This document shows positions 50,474-60,359 of a stretch of DNA of 64,000 nt, piece after piece (position 1 is the stretch's first letter; the number at the start of each line of letters is the position of its first letter). The position numbers and the translations under genes were made by a program. A model generated the notes under the pieces. That model had not been told where the DNA came from. It was given only the letters and a program-made list of their open reading frames with translations, and did not search any database. Location: NCBI GenBank assembly GCA_963422735.1, contig OY730476.1, positions 928,001 to 992,000 of the forward strand. Direction: 5' to 3'. This DNA is from Candidatus Latescibacterota bacterium (GTDB lineage: Bacteria; Latescibacterota; UBA2968; UBA8231).

Positions 50474-51055
50474 GGCCTTTTCCTCCTTGGGATGTACTAC
50501 ATCCGCAACCTAACCACGCCGGTCTGGCTCTGCAATACATCGAATCAGACTGGGCCTGCACTACCCCCGACAGGCCAAGACTCGATAGATCAATCATCTC
50601 GGACAACCTGATCGGTTGGCGATGTTTGTACATGGAGTCGAGATGGGACACGGTCTCCCCCGACAACTCCAAACTCGATAGATCATATATTTTGGAGAAC
50701 TTATGCATGAGGAGTAGTCCAGACTCTTCTCTCTTCTTTCGCAACTCCCAGTCTAGGGTTCGCTCCAGAAAGGTGCGATAATTTTCCACACCTATGACCT
50801 TTTCGTCCACCAAAGGAATCTCCTGCAGAAAGTCTTAGTACTCCAGGGTGATGTCTATTTTCTTGGGGCCGTTGGCTAGGAAACCGTGAGGCTGGCCCAC
50901 TCGTAGTTGGAGAAAGCCGTTGCATAGTCGATAAAAATCGGAGCATGCACGATTTCGCCGGTGATAATCGCAACCAATGGCTGGCTCTGAGCACTTTCTG
51001 CGGCCAGACAAGCACTCGACGCTAGCAGTATGACAATTAGATGTACTCCATTCAG

Positions 51056-51871
51056 CTAGCCGTACGCGCCGTGTTCGAGGAAGCCAAGCAACCGTTTCAA
51101 CCGGGGATTTGCATTTTCGTACACATGCGGCGGCATTTGGTAATTCATAAACGGGTAGTACTTGTGCCCGACAATCCGGCGCGCATACGTCACCTGAGTG
51201 ATGTACCGCGTGCGGTCGCTGCGGTTGGGTCCCCCGCGATGCCATACCTGATTGTTGAACATGACGACGCTTCCGGCCGGGGCGCTGTTGTGGACGATTT
51301 TCTCCTCCCACTCGAAGCCCTCGATTTCGCTCGGCGGTCTGCCGAGCAGGTGCGTTCCCGGAATCACTTCCGTCCCCCCGTGAGCCGGTGTATCCACATC
51401 GGTCAAATAGTAATTGGCCGTGAAGAACAACACCGGAAGGTGGACATTCGGCGGCGGCTTACCGTCTGTGACGACGTAGTGCGGAGCGTCGTCCTGGTGC
51501 CACGTCGAGATGCCACCACCCGGAGGGGTCTTGAACGAGTTGTTGTGAATCACGTGGCAGTTCGGCGCCACAAGCGCCTCGGCAAAGCTAGCGATCGGTT
51601 CGAGATCGAACAGGCGCAGGTTCGCCGCGCTCGTCTCGAATAGCCGATGCGCGAGTTTCGTGCGCTCGCTGATGCTGTTCAGTCCATTCGCATTGTCGGC
51701 AAGCACTCGATCCAAATCGGCTCGCAATGGCGCACACCAGTCTGGCGGCAGGACGTTTTCAACGAGAAGGTACCCATCGCGATGAAACTCCTCGACCCAC
51801 TGGGCGATCTGTTCGGCAGATTGTTTGACTCCGGCGAGGGGCAGTTGTTTTGGCATGTATGGCAATCCCAT
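51056..51871 (-). CDS. PhyH family protein
   Basis: WHQD, IPGTH and WHRGGPNRS motifs. Confidence 0.9.
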   Translation of the reverse strand: MGLPYMPKQLPLAGVKQSAEQIAQWVEEFHRDGYLLVENVLPPDWCAPLRADLDRVLADNANGLNSISERTKLAHRLFETSAANLRLFDLEPIASFAEALVAPNCHVIHNNSFKTPPGGGISTWHQDDAPHYVVTDGKPPPNVHLPVLFFTANYYLTDVDTPAHGGTEVIPGTHLLGRPPSEIEGFEWEEKIVHNSAPAGSVVMFNNQVWHRGGPNRSDRTRYITQVTYARRIVGHKYYPFMNYQMPPHVYENANPRLKRLLGFLEHGAYG

Positions 51872-51903
51872 ATTTTGCGTGCAAGGTCAGCGAAGAATCG
51901 AAT

Positions 51904-52051
51904 CGGAATTTCCTAGTGTACGGTTGGGGATTCCGGTTTCATGTAGGCGGTATCACTCGGCTGTCCCGTAGCCCTCGTCCGGACCAGCGCGGCCCCCCGC
52001 GTCGATGTTCCGGGCCAGTCGCCGGGTACCCGCCGCCAAGGGGGCGGATGG
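51904..52051 (+). mobile_element. 148-bp dispersed element, family 1, copy B
   Basis: 145 of 148 positions identical to the reverse complement of 24773-24920. Confidence 0.9.
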
Positions 52052-52052
52052 A

Positions 52053-52220
52053 ACTAACCACTGATCACTGACCACTGATCACTGACCACTGATCACTGAC
52101 CACTGATCACTGACCACTGATCACTGACCACTGATCACTGACCACTGATCACTGACCACTGATCACTGACCACTGATCACTGACCACTGACCACTGACCA
52201 CTGATCACTGACCACTGATT
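52053..52220. repeat. Heptamer array of 24 units: ACTAACC, then mostly alternating ACTGATC/ACTGACC
   Basis: Counted directly; 168 bp; the first unit equals the unit of the array at 24616. Confidence 0.97.
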
Positions 52221-52339
52221 AAACAGTCCTTATTCTAGGAAAGTCCGAATCGAATTAGCGCACCGTGAAGACCATGCCTTTCTTTAAGTGTATATAGCCA
52301 AAATCTGCTGCGGTAGCCACCTAGTCCAAAGGAGACGCC

Positions 52340-53287
52340 ATGTATATTCAAGACCAACTCCCCCACGACCGCATTACCGACGACAACCTGAGCTACTACA
52401 AGGCCATTGGCGTCGATTACCTGACCGTCAACTCCCTCCCCCTCGGCCTGCACACCTACCCCGAGATGGTCGAGTACTTGAGCGGCGTACGCGCCCGCGC
52501 CGAAAAAAACGGCCTCCGCTTTTACAACGCCGCTCTGAGCGGCCCGGACGCAATCACCCTCGCGCAACAAGACCGCGACGCCAAAATAGAGGAGTGGTGC
52601 AACTGGCTCCAGGCCATGGGCACCGTCGGCGTCCCGACCCTCGGCTACAATTTCAAACCCGTGGGCAACTTCCGCACCCCCTCGGACACCGGCCGCGGCG
52701 GCGCTCACTACAGCACCTTTATCTACGCAGAATACGAAAAAGAGAACCCCGATTATCCAGAAAAGCACATCGACGAGGACGCGATGTGGGCCAATATATC
52801 CTACTTCCACCAGCACATCGTCCCGGTCGCCGAAGAAGCCGGCGTCACCTTGGCCCTACACCCAGACGATCCCCCACTGCCCGAGCCGATGGGCGGCGCA
52901 GCGCGGATTGTCTCTACCCTCGACCAATACGAGCGCATCTTCGCCCTCAACCCCAGCCCGCAAAACGCCATGCTGTTTTGTCAAGGTTGCGTCACCGAAA
53001 TGGGCATTGACGTGTACGAGGCCATCCGCCGCATGGGCTGCCGAGGCAAAATCGCCTACGTACACTTCCGCAACGTGCGCGGTACGCCAAAGGATTTCAG
53101 GGAGGTCTTCGCCGACGAGGGCGACGTCGATATGTACCGGGCAATGCAGACCTACAAAGAGGTGGGCTTTAACGGGCCGTTTATGATGGATCACACCCCG
53201 TCCATCCCCGGCGACCAAGACCAGCGTCAGGGCCACGCCTATGCCACCGGCTTTATCCGCGCCATGATTCAGGCCGTCTATCGCTGA
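52340..53287 (+). CDS. uxuA: Mannonate dehydratase-like protein
   Basis: YNFKP, LALHPDDPP, FCQG, HFRNV, DEGDVDM and DHTP motifs. Confidence 0.88.
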   Translation: MYIQDQLPHDRITDDNLSYYKAIGVDYLTVNSLPLGLHTYPEMVEYLSGVRARAEKNGLRFYNAALSGPDAITLAQQDRDAKIEEWCNWLQAMGTVGVPTLGYNFKPVGNFRTPSDTGRGGAHYSTFIYAEYEKENPDYPEKHIDEDAMWANISYFHQHIVPVAEEAGVTLALHPDDPPLPEPMGGAARIVSTLDQYERIFALNPSPQNAMLFCQGCVTEMGIDVYEAIRRMGCRGKIAYVHFRNVRGTPKDFREVFADEGDVDMYRAMQTYKEVGFNGPFMMDHTPSIPGDQDQRQGHAYATGFIRAMIQAVYR

Positions 53288-53349
53288 CCTCAGCCAAAAG
53301 CGATTTGCCGCAATGCCTACAGGGCCGTTTCCTCGCCAGCGCGGTCGGG

Positions 53350-53703
53350 GTCTCATTGAGGGCCAGCAATCCGGGCGATGAAGCGATGGACTACGGGGCG
53401 TTCCTGTTCAATCTCGTATTCTTCACATATCATTGTGGAAGTCTTCTGCCGCCAAAAATCCGGCGAGAATGAGCGGGTCGTTATACTCCTGCTCCAGCCG
53501 AAAAATGGCGTTTTTCATAGCGCGGAGCTGCGGTATTGCCAGTTCCGCTGTTGGGCGATGGCGGTTGCGATATGTACGGCAGCCTCATAGAGCTTTTCCG
53601 AAGCCTGTAAGCACTCGTCGGCGGCAGATTCCCGATCAGAGGCATCCAGAAATTCCACGGCGGGCTGAGTGTGCTCTTGGGTGGTCATTTCTCTGGCGTT
53701 CAT
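53350..53703 (-). pseudogene. PaREP1/HEPN-like protein pseudogene
   Basis: AVEFLDASDRE...LQASEKLYEAA.H...QRNW, then frameshifts to FLAAEDFHN and ERPVVHRF. Confidence 0.7.
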
Positions 53704-53717
53704 AGTTTTTAGGCTTT

Positions 53718-53810
53718 TCAATACTCACCAACAATTCGATTTACTTCTAAGTTCCTGTCTAGCTGCGGAGGCACTTTTCGGATGGTGTATTGAGTCGATT
53801 TCTCTGTCAT
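53718..53810 (-). pseudogene. N-terminal relic of a ribbon-helix-helix antitoxin
   Basis: MTEKSTQYTIRKVPPQLDRNL. Confidence 0.45.
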
Positions 53811-53917
53811 GCCGGCAATATAGACAGCGTGTACAGGCACATCAATCTCCGGCGATAATCGCCGATCGAGCCAAAATGGCGAAACATTACCTGAAGGGAG
53901 CACCAACTGAGCCAAAC

Positions 53918-55054
53918 ATGACAACAGTAGCTCAAACTCAAATCACAGCCCATGGCGAACGTTGGCTAATCAACGGCCAAACCACGTACAAAGGGCGGCA
54001 GTACCGCAATTGGGATATTGAGGGTTTGTTGATGAACAGCCGCATGACAAATGCGGTGTTCGATGACGAAAATCCTGTGACGCGGCAACTTTGGTCAGAC
54101 ACAGGCGAATGGGACGCTGACCGAAACACAGATGAGTTCATCGCTCAGCTACCAACGTATCGGGCGCACGGGTTGTTGGCGGTGACGGTTAATCTGCAGG
54201 GCGGGAGCCCTACAGGGTACTACCGCGAGGAGAGTTTCCGACAAATCATGGCCGCTCGACGCATAGATGCTAGCGACGATGTGGTGTGGGCCGGCCTGCC
54301 AAGCTCAGCTTCCCAGCCTTGGCACAACTCGGCTTTTGCGCCCGACGGTTCGCTAAAACCTGCATATATGAAACGAACCGCACGCATCGCATCGGCGTGT
54401 GCCGAATTGGGGATGGTGGTGATCCTCGGATATTTCTACTTTGGGCAAGACGAGCGTTTAATGGACGAGGAGGCGGTGTGTCGTGCGGTGGATGAGGCCA
54501 CGAAGTGGGTTTTGGAATCCGGTTACCGCAATGTGTTGATCGAGGTCAATAACGAGACGAATGTTCCTCGTTACGAGCACGAGATACTACAACCGCATCG
54601 CGTGGCTGAATTAATCGAACGGGCGCATTCCCACGAATTGGATGGGCGACGATTGTTGGTGGGCACTTCGTATGGTGGTGGCCGGGTGCCGGACGACGAT
54701 GTGGCGGCGGCGGCGGACTATATCATGCTGCATGGCAACGGCGTTGCAGAACCTGTGCGCATCGCTGAGATGGTTGCACAAACCCGCGCCTTGCCGAATT
54801 ATACCCCGAAACCCATTCTCTTCACCGAGGACGATCACTTCGAATTCGACAAGCCCGACAACAACTTTCTTGCTGCGTTGTCGGCCTATGCGTCGTGGGG
54901 ATACTTCGATCCCGGTGACGCGGCTGGCGGTTGGTCAACCTTCGGCGATTACCGCAATGGATATCAGAATATCCCGGTCAACTGGGGCATCAACACAGAT
55001 CGCAAGCGCAGTTACTTCGAGTTGCTAGCCCAGGTTACTGGATCAACAGGTTAA
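53918..55054 (+). CDS. TIM-barrel glycoside-hydrolase-like hypothetical protein
   Basis: EGLLMNSRM, NLQGG, YFYFGQD, NVLIEVNNE, HGN and SWGYFD motifs. Confidence 0.75.
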   Translation: MTTVAQTQITAHGERWLINGQTTYKGRQYRNWDIEGLLMNSRMTNAVFDDENPVTRQLWSDTGEWDADRNTDEFIAQLPTYRAHGLLAVTVNLQGGSPTGYYREESFRQIMAARRIDASDDVVWAGLPSSASQPWHNSAFAPDGSLKPAYMKRTARIASACAELGMVVILGYFYFGQDERLMDEEAVCRAVDEATKWVLESGYRNVLIEVNNETNVPRYEHEILQPHRVAELIERAHSHELDGRRLLVGTSYGGGRVPDDDVAAAADYIMLHGNGVAEPVRIAEMVAQTRALPNYTPKPILFTEDDHFEFDKPDNNFLAALSAYASWGYFDPGDAAGGWSTFGDYRNGYQNIPVNWGINTDRKRSYFELLAQVTGSTG

Positions 55055-55112
55055 GGCGAGTTCAAGATGGGCCGATCCGCGCCATGATCTAGGCTGTCGT
55101 CTATCGCCAATC

Positions 55113-56282
55113 TCAGCCCGCAGCCGCCTGGATCACCTCGCCCATCTTCCGCACCTTGGCCTTGGCGTTGTTCGGATGCATGGGTACCAAGACGGTGCGT
55201 GCCAAAACGTCGAGCGAGTCTTGGCACGTATCCAGCTTGTATTTGACCCGCGCCTTGCGATTGGCCGGCAGCTTAAAGGGATTGAGCGCCGGATGGTGCG
55301 CGCCTTGATAGCGCAAAATAGGCTCCCAGCGCGTATAGACGTGGCGGCCGGTATCCATGGGCAAAAAGGAGCGCACATCTTTTGCAGCCAATCGGTTGCA
55401 AAAGGAGCGCGCCTCATCCTCGGTGGCAAACAAAAAGCCCAAGTGCGTACCGCACTCGTAGTCCAAGCTGTTGTTTTTTATAGACTCCAACCCCGCCTCC
55501 AGCCCGACCTGTAGCAACTCCTGCTTGTGGGCGCGCATGGTCTTGAGCATCCCCCGGATCCGCCGCAATTGCACGTTGAGTATCGCCCCCTCGACTTCAG
55601 AAGCCCTGAAGTTAGGGCCAGCAAATTGCAACTCTTCGCGCTCTTCGTCCGGGTTCCAGTAAAAGGAGCAGCAGTCCACTGCCACCGAGCCGCGCTGATG
55701 TACCGCTTCGGCATGGGTTACAAAAGCCCCGCCCTCGCCGCAGGTCATGTTCTTAAAAAAGTTGAAACTAAACGCGCCGGCGTGGCCCCAACTGCCGAGC
55801 ATCCGGCCCTCGTAGCCGCCGCCCACCGCCTGACAGGCGTCTTCGAGAACGAGCAAGTCGCGTTTGCGGGCGATCTTGGCAATTCGCTTCATGTCGCAGG
55901 GTAGGCCGACCATGTGGACCGGAATAATCGCCTTAGTGTGTTTGGTAATTCGTCGCTTTAAATCCTTGGGGCACAGTGTTAAGGAGTCATCTACATCGGC
56001 GATTACTGGAATGGCTCCGGCCCCCAACACCGCCAAGGCGGTCGCCATGTAGGTATAGGCGGGCACAATCACCTGATCCCCCGGCCCCACGCCCAATCCC
56101 ACCAGTGCCGCGTACAGTGCCGAGGTCCCCGAGCGAGTCATCCGACAGTGCTCCACGCCCACGTAGCGCGCCCAGTTCCTTTCAAAGCGGTCGCACTCCC
56201 CACCCGATCCATAGCGGAAAATGGCGCCGCTGTCGAATAGCCGCTGTAGCTGCTTGATTTCTGCTTGGCCAATGCGATACAT
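55113..56282 (-). CDS. DegT/DnrJ/EryC1/StrS PLP aminotransferase
   Basis: SGTSAL, PVHMVG, LEDACQA and FSFNFFKNMTCGEGG motifs; AAGGAG RBS. Confidence 0.92.
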   Translation of the reverse strand: MYRIGQAEIKQLQRLFDSGAIFRYGSGGECDRFERNWARYVGVEHCRMTRSGTSALYAALVGLGVGPGDQVIVPAYTYMATALAVLGAGAIPVIADVDDSLTLCPKDLKRRITKHTKAIIPVHMVGLPCDMKRIAKIARKRDLLVLEDACQAVGGGYEGRMLGSWGHAGAFSFNFFKNMTCGEGGAFVTHAEAVHQRGSVAVDCCSFYWNPDEEREELQFAGPNFRASEVEGAILNVQLRRIRGMLKTMRAHKQELLQVGLEAGLESIKNNSLDYECGTHLGFLFATEDEARSFCNRLAAKDVRSFLPMDTGRHVYTRWEPILRYQGAHHPALNPFKLPANRKARVKYKLDTCQDSLDVLARTVLVPMHPNNAKAKVRKMGEVIQAAAG

Positions 56283-56293
56283 GATGCGCTCCT

Positions 56294-58033
56294 TTAGACA
56301 AGTTCCAGCTCGACCCAGCGCCGAACTGAATTGATGAGATAGAGGGCGTCGGCCCGCGCCAATTCGCCGATGGGCAACGGGCGTTCGTGGAGTTGGCCCT
56401 GCGCTACAAGCTCGGCGCGGAACGTGCCGGCCAACAGCCCGGATTCGACCGGGGGCGTCCAGCAGACGCCGTCGCGGGCCAGCACCAAGTTGCCAATGCA
56501 GCACTCGGTCAGCTCGCCGCGTTCGTTGTATAGCACCACGTCGTCGCAATCCGGACGGGCCTCCAACTGCTTGTCGTACAGGGCCCGGTGAGTCGTCTTG
56601 TGGTACAGCAAGGGGTCGGTGCTGTCCACCGGCTCGGCGGCCAGAGCCACCCGCAACCGCCGCGGTGGCGCGAGCACTTGGTGCTGCAAGCGGATCGCGC
56701 CGTTGCGGGCCAGCACCAAACGCACCCTGCACTGGCCCTCCATCGCGCTGGCTGCGTCTTGCAACGGCGCACGCACGCGGTCGTCCGCGTAGCAAAACCC
56801 CCAGTACGCCGCCGACTGAGACAATCGCTCTAAGTGCCTCTCTAACAGGAAATAATTCCCTTCTTCGTACAACAGCGTCTCCAACAGCTCAAAAGACGGA
56901 TGCGGCCGGGTGCGCAAGACCTCGGCCTTGATTAGACACTCGGCGTATTCTTCCGCAGCCGATGATGCCCAGACGATCCCGCCGCCGACGCCAAATTCGA
57001 GCTGTGCCCGCTCGCGGTCGAGATGCGCCGTGCGAATCGCCACGTTGAAGCACGCCTCCAGCCCAGGCGACACATAGCCCATGCAGCCGGTGTAAATGCC
57101 GCGCGGGACGCGCTCCAACTCGGCGATGATTTCCATGGTCTGCACCTTGGGTGCGCCAGTGACCGAGCCGCAGGGGAAAAGCGCGGCAAAGATGTCGGGC
57201 AAACCCACGCCGGCTTTGAGTTGGCTTTCCACGGTGGAGGTTAGCTGCCACACCGTGGGATAGCGCTCGACCGACCACAGGGCCGGGACCGCCACGCTGC
57301 CTATTTGCGAGATGCGCCCCAAGTCGTTGCGCAACATATCCGTCACCATCAGGTTTTCAGCGCGGTCCTTGGCGGAATTTTGCAGCTCGTCGGCCCGCTG
57401 CTGATCCTCGGCCGCAAAGCGGCCCCGCGGCCGGGTTCCCTTCATGGGCCGCACCGTGCAACGCCCGTCGCGCAAGCGGAAGAACAGCTCGGGCGACGCC
57501 GAGATCAGCACATGTCGGCCTAAGTCGAAGTACGCGCACAACGCCGACTCCTGCCCCGGCCCCATATCGCGGTACAGGGCCTGCGGATCGCCCCGGAAGC
57601 GGCTGTGCAACCGCAAGGTGTAGTTGACTTGATACGTGTCGCCGGCCGCAATATAGGCGCGAATGTACTCGATGGCAGCTTCGTATTCCTCCCGCGACAC
57701 CGACGGCCGCCACTCGTCCAACTTGTAGGTGCCCAAGCCAGCGCTAGGCGCGGCCGCCGGCGTCCGCTTCTCAAAGAGGCCAAAGTAAACCAAGGGGAGC
57801 GCACCAGCGGGACGGGTCGTAAAAGCCGGGTCCAGACCGGCAGCAGCCTCGTAGCAAACAAATCCCGCGGCGTGCAGCCCTTGGGCCACCGCTCGCTCCA
57901 CCGCGCAGAGAGCCGGACCCACCTCGGCCGCCGCTGCGGCCACCACCTCCCCCACCGGATCGGCAAACGCAAAGGAGCGCTCCTGCCCGCAGCGGGCATA
58001 AGACGACAGCAGCACTGGACTTTCTATAGCCAT
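56294..58033 (-). CDS. pabB: Aminodeoxychorismate synthase component I fused to an ADC-lyase (class IV aminotransferase) domain
   Basis: GDTYQVN, SPELF, PMKGT, AENLM..D..RND and SVTGAPK, followed by LERHLERL, HKTT, GLLAGT and NSVR. Confidence 0.93.
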   Translation of the reverse strand: MAIESPVLLSSYARCGQERSFAFADPVGEVVAAAAAEVGPALCAVERAVAQGLHAAGFVCYEAAAGLDPAFTTRPAGALPLVYFGLFEKRTPAAAPSAGLGTYKLDEWRPSVSREEYEAAIEYIRAYIAAGDTYQVNYTLRLHSRFRGDPQALYRDMGPGQESALCAYFDLGRHVLISASPELFFRLRDGRCTVRPMKGTRPRGRFAAEDQQRADELQNSAKDRAENLMVTDMLRNDLGRISQIGSVAVPALWSVERYPTVWQLTSTVESQLKAGVGLPDIFAALFPCGSVTGAPKVQTMEIIAELERVPRGIYTGCMGYVSPGLEACFNVAIRTAHLDRERAQLEFGVGGGIVWASSAAEEYAECLIKAEVLRTRPHPSFELLETLLYEEGNYFLLERHLERLSQSAAYWGFCYADDRVRAPLQDAASAMEGQCRVRLVLARNGAIRLQHQVLAPPRRLRVALAAEPVDSTDPLLYHKTTHRALYDKQLEARPDCDDVVLYNERGELTECCIGNLVLARDGVCWTPPVESGLLAGTFRAELVAQGQLHERPLPIGELARADALYLINSVRRWVELELV

Positions 58034-58124
58034 GTCTTTAAAAAATAAAAAAGAACCTTTAGAGTGCCCCCAACGACGCCGGTCGCATAGTCCCCAAGGC
58101 GACCGCTTTAAGACGCCAATACCC

Positions 58125-58934
58125 TTAGCCTGCCGCCTCGCCGGGCTGGTACTCAATGCGCCGCATAAAGCGCTCGCCCACATCGTAGTTTGGCCGGTCG
58201 GAGACAAAGCGCCACAAGCGCACGCGCTGCATCAGTTCGTAGCGATGCTCGTTGCCCTCCCAGCCGTGGTTGGTCGACAGGATGCGACCGATCTCCGGGT
58301 CGTCCAGATCCGCGGTGTCGAAGTTGCAGACCTGCGGCTGCGTCGGGTTGAGCCGCAGCTTGTACATGAAGCGATCCCGATCCGTGTAGTTGCTGCGCGC
58401 CCCGTGCCAGACGCGGGTGTTCCACACGTACATGGTTCCCGCCGGGCAGGTCGCCCAGATCTTGCCGCGCATGTGGTGGTAAATGGCGATCTCCCCGGTG
58501 CGCACATTGCGAAAATGCGTTCCCGGCACCAAGAAAGTACCGCCCATCTCGTCTGTTGTATCCGCGGGGAACAGCGATAGCTGGATATCGAAGTAATGGT
58601 CGCGGAAGTCGATGACCGAGTCTTGGTGCATATTGGGGCCTTTGGTTTGTTCGGCCTTGGTCAAGTGCGCGGCGTGGTGGTCGTACAGGGGATCGGGGCC
58701 GACCAAGGAGTGGATGAGTCCCTGTACCTGCGGCAGGCGGAACGCATCGCCCAGAGCCGTGCCTTTGGGCCAAGTCTCCTCAAAGGGGGTACCCACGGCG
58801 AGATAGCCTTGGTTGTGGTGCATTTCTTCAAGGCAGGCTCGGCACAGATCGCTAGGCACCATTTCTTCGAATTTCAAATACCCCGAGGCGACGAATTGTG
58901 CCATCTGCTTCGAGTTCAAAAGATGATCCTTCAC
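58125..58934 (-). CDS. PhyH family protein
   Basis: MHQD, LVPGTH and WHGARSN motifs. Confidence 0.88.
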   Translation of the reverse strand: MKDHLLNSKQMAQFVASGYLKFEEMVPSDLCRACLEEMHHNQGYLAVGTPFEETWPKGTALGDAFRLPQVQGLIHSLVGPDPLYDHHAAHLTKAEQTKGPNMHQDSVIDFRDHYFDIQLSLFPADTTDEMGGTFLVPGTHFRNVRTGEIAIYHHMRGKIWATCPAGTMYVWNTRVWHGARSNYTDRDRFMYKLRLNPTQPQVCNFDTADLDDPEIGRILSTNHGWEGNEHRYELMQRVRLWRFVSDRPNYDVGERFMRRIEYQPGEAAG

Positions 58935-59230
58935 AATGTGGCTCCTTCCTCTTTTTGCAGTTCGTTGAATTTCGACAGTACGATCTGGTAGGGCAGCGGC
59001 CCCAGTTCATAGCCCTCTTCGGGCGAGCGATGTTTGAGTTCCGACATCTGGATGACTTGCCAGCCGTCGCGCATGGCCGCCATGGCGTTCTGGTAGGGAG
59101 GATCGCTCTCCTCGCCCAAGTCGCCTAGGCCTGTGCCCTTGGAGGCTTCGTAGCGTGCCCAAGCGACGACTTGGGCGTCGAGCGCGGGCGTGGTCTGAAA
59201 AAATACTAGAATGTCTTGCACTGCGGACAT
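58931..59230 (-). CDS. Small conserved-looking hypothetical protein
   Basis: 99 aa; PPY...AMRDGWQVIQ; translationally coupled to the PhyH gene. Confidence 0.7.
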   Translation of the reverse strand: MSAVQDILVFFQTTPALDAQVVAWARYEASKGTGLGDLGEESDPPYQNAMAAMRDGWQVIQMSELKHRSPEEGYELGPLPYQIVLSKFNELQKEEGATL

Positions 59231-59371
59231 GAAAAAGCCTTCCGGTGGTATTGGGTTGAGATTGCCGAGCGGTATTTCATCTTAAAATATAGAAACGACA
59301 GACTTGTTCCCAATCGGGACATACGTTACGTATAATCAGAAAGGTTCAACCCTTTTACAAGAAGGATCGTT

Positions 59372-59846
59372 ATGTTATTAGTCGTAATTATCCTTTCTAT
59401 TGCCGTCTCCTATGTCCCATCAGGAGCACACGGCGATTACATAGGCCCCAAATTACACGTATGACTTCTTGGGATGCTGCGGGCTGTCTCGGGCTTCGTT
59501 GGAGATCACGACAAAGGCGCGGTATAACTACGAAAATCCAAATCCTCAAGGTGTCCAAGCCCAAGAACAGGCTCCGGGCAAGCACTGGCATGTATCCATC
59601 TCGACGGATTGCGTTGACAGGAACCACTTGGCCTACCGGAGCAGTTGCGACGGAACAGAAACAGTTTGTGAGGATGAGTGGGTATTGCAAAAGCCTTATT
59701 ATGCCGAGTGTCCGCTTAGGAACGCCCAATGCAACGCTAGGGCCGGAAACCGATATAAGAATGTGACGTGGAAGATAATAGGGTGGAGCGTCTATTACTG
59801 GAGATGGGTAGAGGAAGAAGTGTGCAGAGAAGTACCAGTCCCTTGA
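59372..59846 (+). pseudogene. Secreted Cys-rich protein with a single frameshift near 59445
   Basis: AAGGA plus ATG and signal MLLVVIILSIAVSYVPSGAHG. Removing one base in GGCCCCAAAT joins it to the 8-Cys ORF ending at 59846. Confidence 0.6.
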
Positions 59847-59861
59847 CTTAAGCAGGTTATC

Positions 59862-60272
59862 ATGTATTGGAAGGCTTTAGGCACCGCGCTGGCTTTCTTG
59901 GCCTGTAACCAGTCTCCTACGGGGACAGGAAACGCCGTTGTCGGAACTTGGGTAACCGACGATCCTGCCGAGAGCAACTTAGAGATATGGTCTATCAAAG
60001 AAGATGGACTATTCAGCAAATTTAGCGTCTTTCAGGACGACTGCTTAATCTCCAACGGGAGATGGGAGACAAGCAATAACATCACCATATTTCCAGGTCC
60101 GAGTTTCTCCACGAGTATAAGAGGGACTTATAAGATCGAGGGCGAAAGTCTGGCGGTGATTGATATTAAGAAGAAGGAAAAGACTCTCTGGAAGCGGACC
60201 GAGGAAAGTCCTTTTGACCTAATGGCCGCGCAAGGATACTGCATGGGCGATCCAGACGAATTGATTGATTAG
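59862..60272 (+). CDS. Lipoprotein, lipocalin-like beta protein
   Basis: Lipobox FLAC; VVGTW, GRW and GTYKIEGESL motifs. Confidence 0.75.
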   Translation: MYWKALGTALAFLACNQSPTGTGNAVVGTWVTDDPAESNLEIWSIKEDGLFSKFSVFQDDCLISNGRWETSNNITIFPGPSFSTSIRGTYKIEGESLAVIDIKKKEKTLWKRTEESPFDLMAAQGYCMGDPDELID

Positions 60273-60359
60273 AAAATATGCGCTGGCGCGTAATTTGCTT
60301 AGAACCGAGAGAAGCTATTTAATACCCTCAATCCTTTCCATTCTATAAGGAGGCTCACA

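Noticed and set aside
56283-56795. N-terminal extension of the DegT ORF given in the track
   Set aside because: It overlaps pabBC; the real start is the RBS-preceded ATG at 56282. The extended starts at 17135, 23264, 48806 and 53669 were trimmed for similar reasons.
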